NCBI RefSeq assembly: GCF_003072645.1
Contig: NZ_CP028897.1
Location: forward strand, 655,658 to 695,657
Source: Dongshaea marina
Lineage (GTDB): Bacteria > Pseudomonadota > Gammaproteobacteria > Enterobacterales > Aeromonadaceae
Direction of reading: 5' to 3'
Length of the DNA: 40,000 nt
Positions 1-8,853 of the stretch are shown piece by piece. The notes beneath the pieces are model-generated. The model saw only the letters and a program-made list of their open reading frames with translations, ran no database searches and was not told the origin of the DNA. Made by a program: the position numbers and the translations under genes. Within the stretch, counting starts at the first letter, position 1, and each line of letters begins with the position of its first letter.

Positions 1-1126
1 CTAGACTGGAAGCCGCTGGGACTGGATGGTCCGATCGTCGATAAACACTCCACCGGTGGGGTTGGTGATGTTGTATCACTCATGCTGGGACCAATGGTTG
101 CAGCGTGTGGGGGTATGTCCCGATGATCTCTGGCCGCGGCCTGGGTCATACGGGAGGGACTCTGGATAAGCTGGATGCGATTCCTGGTTACCAGACGGCT
201 CCGGATGAAGAGCTGTTCCGAAAGGTGGTAAAAGAAGTGGGGGTTGCCATCATCGGACAAACCGGAAATCTGGCGCCTGCTGATAAGCGGATCTATGCAA
301 CGCGGGATATAACCGCGACCGTGGATTCTATCAGCATGATCACAGGGTCCATTTTATCTAAAAAACTGGCTGCGGGACTTGATGCCCTGGCTATGGATGT
401 TAAGGTCGGTTCTGGAGCCTTTATGCCGAGCTATGATGCCTCCGAAGAGTTGGCGCGTAGTATTGTTGGTGTGGCGAACGGAGCTGGCTGTAAGACAACG
501 GCACTTCTGACCGATATGAATCAGGTGCTGGCATCCAGTGCAGGGAATGCCGTTGAGGTTCGTGAGGCAGTGCGCTATCTGACAGGGGAGTATCGTAATC
601 CTCGCCTGCATGCGATCACCATGGCTCTGGCAACAGAGATGTTGATTGCGGGCGGATTGGCGCAAGATGGTTTACAGGCACAGCAAAAACTGGAAGCGGT
701 TCTGGCCAATGGCCAGGCAGCGGAAGTTTTTGGGCGAATGGTACATGGCCTGGGGGGCCTGTCGATTTCGTTGAAAAATACGATGGCTATCTGCCAAAAG
801 CAGATCTGATCCAGCCAGTGTATGCGGATCTATCCGGTTATGTGACCGCGATGGATACCCGTGAACTGGGGATGGCTGTGGTCAGTATGGGAGGTGGCCG
901 TCGTTGTGCCTCTGATTTAATTGATTACCGCGTGGGGCTGACCGATATTATCCGTCTAGGAGCATCGGTTGATCCGCAAACACCGCTGGCATATGTGCAT
1001 GTCAATGATGAACAGACGTTTGCTGAGGCTGAGCGTGCGGTTCGGGCCGCTATCAGTATCACTGATGAGAAGCCTCAGGAAACGCCAGACGTCTACGCAT
1101 GCATCCGCGCCGATGATGTGAAGTGA
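1..1126 (+). pseudogene. deoA: thymidine phosphorylase DeoA, 5' end outside window; two 1-nt frameshifts as assembled (probably intact in vivo)
   Basis: Frame 1 from nt 1 reads [38 protein letters not shown]. It continues in frame 3 ([26 protein letters not shown]...) and then frame 2 ([17 protein letters not shown]...[18 protein letters not shown]...), all typical DeoA. The shifts sit in the G5 run 109-113 and the G6C2 run 752-759. Stop TGA 1124-1126. Confidence 0.9.
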
Positions 1127-1140
1127 CCGGAGACAATATC

Positions 1141-2358
1141 ATGAAACGCGTATTTATTTTGATGATGGATTCTTTCGGCATTGGTGCCAGTGCCGATGCA
1201 GACAAGTTCGGTGATGTCGGTGCCAACACCATGGGACATATTGCTGAGCGGTGTGCTGCCGGAAAAGCCGACGAGCAGGGCCGTCAGGGGCCACTGACAC
1301 TGCCAAATCTGAATAAGCTGGGCATGGGCCATGCTTGTGAACTGAGTTCGGGCTACTTCCCCGAAGGGCTGGATCAGGCACTGCAGCCTGTTGGTGCCTA
1401 TGGCTACGCCAAGGAGCTTTCCAGCGGTAAGGATACGCCGAGCGGTCACTGGGAGCTGGCTGGGGCACCTGTCTTGTTTGACTGGGGCTATTTCACCGAC
1501 AAACAGAACAGCTTCCCGCAGGAGCTGCTGGATGAGCTGGTTGAGCAGGGAGACCTGCCGGGATATCTTGGAAACTGCCACTCCTCCGGGACCGTGGTAC
1601 TGGATGAGCTGGGCGAGGAGCATATGAAGACGGGTAAGCCTATCTTCTACACCTCGGCAGACTCTGTATTCCAGATCGCCTGTCACGAAGAGACCTTTGG
1701 TCTGGAGCGTCTCTACGACCTGTGTAAGCTGGCGCGTAAGCTGCTGGATAAGTACAACATCGGCCGGGTGATCGCCCGTCCCTTTATCGGCACTAAGCCC
1801 GGCGAGTTCCGCCGTACCGGTAACCGTCACGACTATTCGGTACCACCTCACATGCCGACCCTGCTGGATCGCATGGTTGAAGCGGGTGGTGAAGTGGTCT
1901 CAGTGGGTAAGATTGCCGATATTTATGCTCATCGCGGCATCACCCAGAAGTACAAGGGAACCGGCCTGGAGCAGCTGTGGGATGTGACCCTTGAGCAACA
2001 GCAAAAGGCACCGGATAACAGCATCGTATTCACTAACTTTGTGGATTTCGACTCTGAATATGGCCACCGCCGCAATGTCGCGGGCTATGCAAAGGGCCTT
2101 GAGTATTTCGATGCCCGTCTTGCGGAGTTTATTGAGAATATGCAGCCGGGCGACCTGGTTGTACTAACTGCGGATCATGGTTGTGATCCAACCTGGTCCG
2201 GTACCGACCACACTCGTGAGCATGTTCCTGTTCTCTTCTATGGCAGTGAAGTAAAGGCGGGCGCGGTTGGTGAGCGTGACACTTTTGCCGATATCGGGCA
2301 AAGTATAGCGTCGTACCTGAATTTACCGGCTCTGGAATATGGAAAGAGCTTTCTTTAA
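1141..2358 (+). CDS. deoB: phosphopentomutase
   Basis: ATG 1141 preceded by GGAGA (1129-1133). [34 protein letters not shown] and a 405-aa length match DeoB. The ORF-track start 1123 overlaps the deoA stop. Confidence 0.93.
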   Translation: MKRVFILMMDSFGIGASADADKFGDVGANTMGHIAERCAAGKADEQGRQGPLTLPNLNKLGMGHACELSSGYFPEGLDQALQPVGAYGYAKELSSGKDTPSGHWELAGAPVLFDWGYFTDKQNSFPQELLDELVEQGDLPGYLGNCHSSGTVVLDELGEEHMKTGKPIFYTSADSVFQIACHEETFGLERLYDLCKLARKLLDKYNIGRVIARPFIGTKPGEFRRTGNRHDYSVPPHMPTLLDRMVEAGGEVVSVGKIADIYAHRGITQKYKGTGLEQLWDVTLEQQQKAPDNSIVFTNFVDFDSEYGHRRNVAGYAKGLEYFDARLAEFIENMQPGDLVVLTADHGCDPTWSGTDHTREHVPVLFYGSEVKAGAVGERDTFADIGQSIASYLNLPALEYGKSFL

Positions 2359-2393
2359 CGGTTTACAAGATAGAACTGAAAGAGGAATTTTAA

Positions 2394-3113
2394 ATGGCAA
2401 CTCCACATATTAATGCCAAAGAAGGTGCATTTGCTGATGTAGTTCTGATGCCGGGTGATCCACTGCGCGCTAAGTATATCGCGGAGACTTTCCTGCAGGA
2501 TATCGAGCAGGTGAATGACGTGCGTGGCATGCTGGGCTTTACCGGTACTTACAAGGGCCGTCGCATCTCTGTTATGGGTCATGGTATGGGGATCCCATCG
2601 TGCTCTATCTATGCGAAAGAGCTGATCACCGAGTATGGCGTGAAGAAGCTGATCCGTGTGGGTAGCTGTGGCGCGGTTCGCGAAGATATCAAGGTTCGCG
2701 ACGTAGTGATCGGTATGGGTGCTTCTACCGATTCCAAGGTAAACCGTATCCGTTTCAAGGATCATGATTTCTCTGCAATTGCAGATTACGATCTGGTTCA
2801 CAACGCGGTTGAGGCTGCCAAAGCCAAGAAGATCGACGTTCGCGTGGGCAACATCTTCTCTGCGGATCTGTTCTACTCTCCGGATCCAGAGATGTTCGAC
2901 GTGATGGAGAAGTACGGCATCCTGGGTGTTGAGATGGAAGCTGCCGGCATCTATGGTGTTGCTGCAGAGTTTGGCGCGAAGGCCCTGACCATCTGTACCG
3001 TTTCTGATCATATCCGTACCGGTGAGCAGGTTTCTGCTGCAGACCGTCAGACCACCTTCAACGAGATGATCGAGATCGCGCTGGAGTCTGTACTGCTGGG
3101 TGATGCGAAGTAA
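2394..3113 (+). CDS. deoD: purine nucleoside phosphorylase
   Basis: 239 aa. [34 protein letters not shown]...[15 protein letters not shown] is DeoD-type PNP. Position after deoA-deoB. Confidence 0.95.
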   Translation: MATPHINAKEGAFADVVLMPGDPLRAKYIAETFLQDIEQVNDVRGMLGFTGTYKGRRISVMGHGMGIPSCSIYAKELITEYGVKKLIRVGSCGAVREDIKVRDVVIGMGASTDSKVNRIRFKDHDFSAIADYDLVHNAVEAAKAKKIDVRVGNIFSADLFYSPDPEMFDVMEKYGILGVEMEAAGIYGVAAEFGAKALTICTVSDHIRTGEQVSAADRQTTFNEMIEIALESVLLGDAK

Positions 3114-3148
3114 CCTCTGAGCCGAACTCTAAGTTCACTCGATGATTG

Positions 3149-3181
3149 AAATCCGGAGCCTTAGGGCTCCGGATTTTTTTT
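3149..3181 (+). terminator. rho-independent terminator of the deo operon
   Basis: AAATCCGGAGCC-TTAG-GGCTCCGGAT followed by T7-8. Confidence 0.85.
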
Positions 3182-3346
3182 GCCTTCAGCACAGGCTTCA
3201 AGGTCCGTTCAGCTTGTTAGCCAATTGGTTTCACCTTGGTAATCGATTGTGGTGCCGGATGTTCGTAGCTGGTAGGTTTTTTATCTCAGATTGGTAAATG
3301 ATAACCATTTCCTTTGTGTGTTTATTACGAATGTTTGATAATTCAT

Positions 3347-3368
3347 TGTCAAGATGACACTTTTCCTA
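3347..3368 (+). promoter_or_regulatory. candidate FhlA-type upstream activator site before focA
   Basis: Palindrome TGTCA-AGA-TGACA (3347-3359) and ATGACACTTTTCCTA (3354-3368). The latter nearly repeats ATGACACAGTTTTCCTA upstream of hyfA (15291-15307). Lies about 70-80 bp upstream of the sigma-54-like element at 3428. Confidence 0.4.
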
Positions 3369-3427
3369 CGTGAAGCCACAGATCTAGACTGGTTTTGAAA
3401 GTTTTCCGTGGTAAAATTACGCGATTT

Positions 3428-3443
3428 TGGCAGGGGAACAGCT
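3428..3443 (+). promoter_or_regulatory. candidate sigma-54 (-24/-12) promoter of focA
   Basis: TGGCAGGGGAACAGCT. GG and GC are spaced exactly as in the hyfA promoter (TGGCAC-N5-TTGC type), but the -12 element is imperfect (CAGCT). 57 nt upstream of the ATG. Confidence 0.4.
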
Positions 3444-3499
3444 TGTTACGCTTTCGACAAGTTGCTTGCTAGCGCATATTTTTTAACTGGTTGAAGCCG

Positions 3500-4363
3500 A
3501 TGAAAACAGTAAATAACGAAAACCCCGTAGATTGCCTGAGCCCTGAGGCGATCGCCGCCCTGGCCGAGGAAACAACGATCGCTAAGGCGACGAAGCCGAT
3601 TGGTAAGTCATTTATGCTGGCGATTACCGCCGGGGTCTTTATCTCGATCGCCTTTGTGTTTTATGTCACGGTGACCACAGGTTCAGCTGGTATGCCCTGG
3701 GGAATGTCTCACTTTGTCGGTGCATTGGCGTTCTCCCTGGGACTTATTCTGGTGGTGCTTTTGGGCGCAGAGCTCTTTACCTCCTCAACTCTGACTATCC
3801 TGGCGAGAGCTTCAAACCGGATCACGACCAGACAGGTGTTGGGGAACTGGGTTCTGGTGTACCTGGGGAATTTTGTCGGTGCCATGGTGATGGTGGCGCT
3901 GATCTTCTTCTCGGCGCAGTTTATGGCGGATAAGGGGCAATGGGGATTGACGGCGCTTAAGCTTGCTCAGCATAAGATCCATCACACCTTTGTGCAGGCG
4001 GTGTGCCTTGGGATCCTGTGTAACCTGTTGGTTTGCCTGGCGGTATGGATGGCGTTTGGTGCCCGTAGTGCCACTGATAAGGTGATGGTGCTGATACTCC
4101 CCGTGGCCATGTTTGTCGCCTCTGGTTTTGAACACAGCATTGCCAATATGTTTATGATACCGACCGGCATCATCATCCATGCCTTTGCCGGGCCTGAGTT
4201 CTGGCAGGCGATCGGCCACTCACCGAGTGATTTTGCCGATCTCACTGTGCATAACTTTGTGCTGAAGAACCTGATTCCTGTGACCCTGGGGAATATCATC
4301 GGGGGTGGGGTGATGGTTGGCCTGGTTTACTGGGGGATCTTCCGTCGTAAGTACGCTCAGTGA
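3500..4363 (+). CDS. focA: formate channel FocA (formate/nitrite transporter family)
   Basis: Near-collinear with E. coli FocA as recalled: LAITAGVFISIAFVFY, FTSSTL, HKIHHTFVQAVCLGILCNLLVCLAVWM, LPVAMFVASGFEHSIANMFMIP, NLIPVTLGNIIGGG. ATG 3500 chosen; an in-frame TTG at 3491 is possible. Confidence 0.93.
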   Translation: MKTVNNENPVDCLSPEAIAALAEETTIAKATKPIGKSFMLAITAGVFISIAFVFYVTVTTGSAGMPWGMSHFVGALAFSLGLILVVLLGAELFTSSTLTILARASNRITTRQVLGNWVLVYLGNFVGAMVMVALIFFSAQFMADKGQWGLTALKLAQHKIHHTFVQAVCLGILCNLLVCLAVWMAFGARSATDKVMVLILPVAMFVASGFEHSIANMFMIPTGIIIHAFAGPEFWQAIGHSPSDFADLTVHNFVLKNLIPVTLGNIIGGGVMVGLVYWGIFRRKYAQ

Positions 4364-4389
4364 GTTAGTGCAGCGAAGCGCTATTATCT

Positions 4390-4745
4390 ATACCACTTCT
4401 CTGTGTATTATGATTTGCAGCTGCGCTGCAAGTGCCGGTGCTGACCGGCGGCAGGCAAGGCCGTTCTCAGGCATCCTGCCCTTCACGGCATTGATATATC
4501 CCTATATGGCAAAGGTGCTCCGCGCTTCTGATACACAGGGAAGTGTGAATGTCGCGTTAAACATGGATGTTGTTAGCGGCATGCATCTCCCGGGGCGCCC
4601 CGAACCTCACTTCCTCCTGGGCTCATCTAAGAGTTAAGGCATCACTTAGACATCACATCCATGTGGTGACTAAGCTCTCGCGATATCCCTATCGCTCAGC
4701 CTCAATACTTAACGGTTCGCCTCGGCGTTCGCTCACGGGGAGTTA
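4390..4745 (-). ncRNA. candidate CsrB/RsmZ-like GGA-loop hairpin-array RNA (unit A-left); alternatively a hairpin-array repeat
   Basis: No credible ORF. Minus-strand hairpins GGC-AGGAU-GCC (4470-4480), AUAU-AGGG-AUAU (4494-4507), CAC-AUGGAU-GUG (4654-4665), GCGAU-AGGGAU-AUCGC (4680-4695). Hand count on the plus strand 4441-4750: 9 TCC versus 3 GGA. Shares modules with 34490-34610. Confidence 0.4.
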
Positions 4746-4747
4746 GT

Positions 4748-4850
4748 CCCCGTCTATTTGCGCCGAAAGTTTCAAATAGGAAGCAGAGGGTGAGCGGCAT
4801 GGACACCGCGAAAGGGCAACCAGTACATGGACGTACTGTTGGCCTGATCT
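4748..4850 (+). ncRNA. short GGA-loop hairpin unit (A-right), same family
   Basis: Starts with the module CCCCGTCTATTTGCGCCGAA (19/20 with the minus strand of 13492-13511). It is followed by AGGAAG, GCGG-CAUGGACA-CCGC (4794-4809) and CAGUAC-AUGGAC-GUACUG (4821-4838). 3 GGA versus 0 TCC. Confidence 0.25.
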
Positions 4851-4856
4851 GATATG

Positions 4857-5246
4857 CTATCCCTCTTCGGTGACCTTGACTTCGTAACTGTAGGTCTGTC
4901 CATTAGCCAAAATTAGCGGGTAGATAGCGGTTTGTCCAAGTTTGAGATTTAGCGTACCAAGATCGAGGTTGAGCATAGGGGAAGGTGCCATTGCACTTGA
5001 TGTGGGTAGAGCAAGCTGGCTAGCGAGCTTAATGTGTGATATGTCCAGAGGTTTAACCAATACATCCAGCTTCAATTTATTATCGAGTAACATTTTAGCA
5101 TTTATATTTTGCTTCACGATGATCGTGGGCTGAGCGTAAGCTGCACCGTTATACAGAATACGGGCTTTAACCTGGTAGTTGGGGTGGGCCATAACTGAGG
5201 TTGTGGCTGTGATTAAGCTCAGCCCTAAAACCAATAGGCTTTTCAT
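4857..5246 (-). CDS. hypothetical secreted protein
   Basis: ATG at 5246 with AGGA 6 nt upstream. Signal-peptide-like N-terminus MKSLLVLGLSLITATTSVMA. No recognisable family. Confidence 0.55.
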   Translation of the reverse strand: MKSLLVLGLSLITATTSVMAHPNYQVKARILYNGAAYAQPTIIVKQNINAKMLLDNKLKLDVLVKPLDISHIKLASQLALPTSSAMAPSPMLNLDLGTLNLKLGQTAIYPLILANGQTYSYEVKVTEEG

Positions 5247-5559
5247 GTGCAATCCTTATTAGTTTGCTGCGATTTATTATACGTTCAATAGATCGCAGTG
5301 TGTGGCCCCTTCTCGCTGAGCCGGCCTAATTGCTTTGAACGACTGAGTTTGAGCAGTGTAGCTTTGTTGAGTGTCCACTATTTCTGGTTCAGATCACAGC
5401 TCTATTACTACTTCACAGGGAAAATGATCGATTAAACTTCCTTTATTTTCCCTTTAGAGAAGCTCAGAAAGCTCTGAGCGAGGAACCTTAAGCGTGATAC
5501 TTCTGGGCTTTCTGGGGATCCGCTTAAGTAAGGCTTTTTTCTGGCTCTGTTGCAAAAAT

Positions 5560-5946
5560 TTAGATGAGCACAACTTTATTAATTTCTTTGACATCAATTT
5601 CTACAGAATTCCAATCTTTATCAATGTCACCTTTAATTTCGACCTTATCATAAGGCGTAACCACCTGTCCTTTCCAGTGTTTGCGATCAATATCTACGTT
5701 AATGCTACCTGTACTATCTCGAAAAATATATTCATCATTACCTACTTGCTTTTCGATATGGCCCTGGAGGGTTACCCAGGTGTCATCACTTTGCTCTTTT
5801 GCTTTTTCGACTGTGGTCAGTTCGTTTTTTGAGCCGACAAAGCCACCGGATGCGGCTGCTTCTATTTTAGATGACCCGTTAAAATCAGCGAAGGCGGCAG
5901 TACTGCTTAGAGCAAGCGAAGCAGCAATGATCGTCATTTTCTTCAT
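5560..5946 (-). CDS. YgiW/YdeI-type periplasmic OB-fold (BOF) protein
   Basis: 128 aa. Signal peptide MKKMTIIAASLALSSTAAFA, then TVEKAKEQSDDTWVTLQGHIEKQVGNDEYIFRDSTGSINVDID...VEIKGDIDKDWNSVEIDV, typical of the family. Confidence 0.7.
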   Translation of the reverse strand: MKKMTIIAASLALSSTAAFADFNGSSKIEAAASGGFVGSKNELTTVEKAKEQSDDTWVTLQGHIEKQVGNDEYIFRDSTGSINVDIDRKHWKGQVVTPYDKVEIKGDIDKDWNSVEIDVKEINKVVLI

Positions 5947-6339
5947 GTGTACCCCTGATTAGATGAGATGTGCTCGAAATTGCAAGTCTATTAAATCATC
6001 AAAACCTTAAGAGATTATTAACAGGCGTTAAAAATAAAGCTATTCATCAAGCAAACTGCTCATGGATAACCGAGTAGGAGGCATGATTGCTCCTGCCGTC
6101 CTCTCACACCACCGGGCATACTGATCCGTACCACGGCGGTTCTCTCTTGGCCGACGACATTACAGGTGCGTGGATTGAAACAAGTTTCACTTTTTCGCTT
6201 GACCTCAAATGATTGAGTTATTGTTCAGCGCTCGCTGACGGGGTGGCAACCCCTCACGAGACAGGGCCAGTCATAGACTGGCCCTGTCTGTATCCGGCGG
6301 CCGGGGCAGACCCGGCCTGTGGGCAAGGATTACTCAGGG

Positions 6340-6846
6340 TTAGCCATCCACAGTATTTTTGATCACTCGCAGATCGAGCTCTTCGAGCTCAGCAACCAGG
6401 GAGTCGAGATCAATGTCGGCCGGGGTCATCAGATCAAAGTCTCCTTTAAAAACGCTTTGTCCAATCTCTGCGACGGCAAAGCGGTGACATTCTAAGTTAG
6501 TCACACTGACATCATAGCCATCAAAGATATTTGAGATATCTTTGATGAGCCCGGGTCTGTCCCTGGACTCAATGGTCAGCTGAAGCTCTTTGCTCTGTGA
6601 AGGGGCTGAATCCTCTGCCACGGGGTAGACAACCTGTAACCCCGCAACCGCCTTTAGCTCCTGCTGTAAGGCTTCAACTTGCTGTTCATCCGTTTCAATT
6701 TTTATGATCCCCGCGCACTGACCCTCGAGGTGACTGATTTTGCTTTTTAGCCAAATGCCCTGACGGGCATGGGTTTTTTCGGCAAGGATCCGCATTAATC
6801 CCGGAGTTTCTGGTCCCATGAGAGTCATTATGAATTGTTTTTTCAT
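6340..6846 (-). CDS. ACT-domain regulatory protein, GcvR-like
   Basis: 168 aa with two ACT-like halves (FIMTLMGPETPGLMRILAE...; LQLTIESRDRPGLIKDISNIF...). Confidence 0.55.
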   Translation of the reverse strand: MKKQFIMTLMGPETPGLMRILAEKTHARQGIWLKSKISHLEGQCAGIIKIETDEQQVEALQQELKAVAGLQVVYPVAEDSAPSQSKELQLTIESRDRPGLIKDISNIFDGYDVSVTNLECHRFAVAEIGQSVFKGDFDLMTPADIDLDSLVAELEELDLRVIKNTVDG

Positions 6847-6901
6847 CGTCTATATCCTGCTATCGAGCCCGGGGTGCACAAGAGACCCCGGGCTTGGTGA
6901 G

Positions 6902-8409
6902 TTAACGAAATGCAGCAACGAGTGCGGGGATCCCCGGTAGCATCCCGACCACAGCCATCGCGATAAAGCAGATACAAAAAGAAAGCCCTGGAATTACTAC
7001 TTTATCCACAAAACTGAGTGTTTTGGAGCGCTCTTTATCGCCGATTAATCCATTGTTATCCAATAGCATGGTTAATGACCAGCCAAAGACGGGATTAACT
7101 ACCGCAGAGGCAAAGATGCAGATCCCGGCGGACTGAGTGTCTTTTGCTGATTTAACCATCAGCATACCCGCTTCCAGCAAGGGTAAAAATACCCCGACCA
7201 GCAGAGCGATACTCATCACAGGCCGCCACACCGTAATATCCATGGGATAGCCTATCAGTGCAACCAGCGCACAGAGCACCCCAAGTAAGATAGCGCCTCC
7301 GGGGATAGGACGTTTGGCGATCGCCGCCGGTATCATGTAGGTTCCCCAGGATGAGGTGATGTTACCTCCTCCAAGAAAGCCCCAATAATTTGACGGACCG
7401 AGCAGGCTGTCATGGTGTCGTCCACATCCATCAAAACTTTTTTGGCTTTTTTCGGGTAGTTCAGCTCCTGGAAAACCCTGTGTCCCAGGAAGTCGGGAGA
7501 CCACATGGCGACGGCAAGAATGGCAAAAGGCAAAGATGCGATAAAGTGCTGCATCGTTGGCAAGCCTAGCTTCCAACCGGTTTCTGTGGATCCCCACCAA
7601 TACACGGGGTTCAGGTTTGGTAAGCCGGGTTCGGTTTTAAATTCAAAGGGTGCCCCAAGCCCTAAGGCGATCACTACTGCGATCACTGAGCATAAGGGGA
7701 TCGAGAGCCAGCGCTTGCCGATGCGAGCCAGGTAGGCATAAACCACAACATTGACCAGTAGCACAATGAAGGCGATATAGCTGAGATCCATTTCTCCGGC
7801 CCACTCGACCAGTGAGCCGATCTGAGAGATGGTTCCGGTGAGGCCCAGATAAGCAAGTAACCCTCCGGCAACGCCTTCACCGGTCAGTTTTACCAGCCTG
7901 GAGCCGCCCTTGGTAATACTCAGAATCAAACCAAAGACCCCGAGCATGATGGCCAGCGCCAGAGGGTGTCCCCCCGCGAGAGCTATCATGCCGATCAGTG
8001 GGATCATAGGTCCATGGGTTCCCGCCAAATTGGCCCGGGGGTTGAAAAGTCCTGAGGTCAGGATCACAAACAGTGAGGCGGATACCAGCATCTCAGCCCG
8101 GACATTCTCAATCACAAAGTCATCACTCAGGCCATAACTTGCTGCATAGGATGACATGATCGCTGAAAACATCACCGTAATACCGATAGTTCCTGCAATG
8201 GCGGGAACCAGATCCTCCCACTCAATACGAAAGTCTCTGCCGGGAAGGTTTAGCCGCCAGCGGCGGGGCTTCATTATGATGAGTTCATGATCAAGGTAAT
8301 CTGAGCGCTTGGCAAACTCACTGCTTGGACGGTGCAATTCACGATAACTCTTTTCTTGATCAAGATCCTTGTTACTCGTATCCGTTTCGTGGGAATTATT
8401 GTTTTGCAT
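6902..8409 (-). pseudogene. polytopic membrane permease of unrecognised family, one 1-nt frameshift as assembled
   Basis: ORFs 7333-8427 and 6902-7600 overlap in different frames. Protein-like sequence switches at ...MTACSVRQIIGAFL | GGGNITSSWGTYMIPAAIAKRP, near 7368-7375. Adding one G to the coding-strand GG run restores about 502 aa with many TM segments. ATG 8409 with GAGAAGG at 8419-8425. Confidence 0.7.
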
Positions 8410-8439
8410 AATTGCGTACCTTCTCAATAGCAGCTGCTA

Positions 8440-8610
8440 TCTTTGCGATTGTTAGGGTCCCGGAGTAGGGTTTCACCCAGGGCCGGCAGTTGATCTTCGG
8501 GTTCATGAGCTTCAATGGGTGGGGTGCTACCCTCAGCGGTTGCAGGCGGAACTCATCTTGTATGTGCATCCGTGCCACCGAGCTGCCAAAAGTCCCTGTT
8601 CATCGCCTCA
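8440..8610 (-). promoter_or_regulatory. structured 5' leader with B12-box-like element (possible cobalamin-type riboswitch)
   Basis: The minus strand reads AACCCGAAGA-TCAA-CTGCCGGCC (8481-8503) versus E. coli btuB AGCCCGAAGA-C-CTGCCGGCC as recalled. Also GAUGAGUUCC-GCCUGCAACCGCUGAGGG (8530-8557) and AACAGGGAC (8592-8600). The spacing is atypical. Confidence 0.3.
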
Positions 8611-8853
8611 TCTCTTGTGGATGACCAGCTCTCTTTTCTGGTTCTGTTCAGGCTTAAACAGGACTCATGAATGTCCGTGCTTTCTATTAACGTAGCTGCC
8701 GATAGGCGATTTTCAAGTGAAGGGAGGAATCGGTAGTCCATCCGGGAGTGGCTTGGATGGCAACATGGGAACGGTGGTGCTTCAGCTAAAATCGAGTCTT
8801 CTTAAGGAGCTTTAAAGGGGGGAGGTCAGGCCAGGAGGCTGGCCTTATTTGGA

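Noticed and set aside
3335-3352. TTGATAATTCATTGTCAA upstream of focA as an FNR or CRP site.
   Set aside because: The half-site spacing is wrong for FNR (TTGAT-N4-ATCAA) and there are no TGTGA/TCACA halves. Only TTGA...TCAA at N10 is present.
4317-4637. Track ORFs lying in the hairpin tracts: 4317-4637, 13275-13469, 34024-34209, 34066-34257, 34202-34414, 34320-34520, 34593-34775 and 34604-34804.
   Set aside because: They have no RBS, their translations are not protein-like, and they run straight through tandem palindromes. The DNA is better explained as structured non-coding sequence.
6260-6317. Two strong hairpins downstream of the ACT-domain gene: a 12-bp perfect stem at 6260-6288 and GGCCGGG/CCCGGCC at 6299-6317.
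   Set aside because: They are possibly a terminator or REP-like elements. They lack U-tails on the relevant strand and lack the GGA-loop signature, so they are left unassigned.
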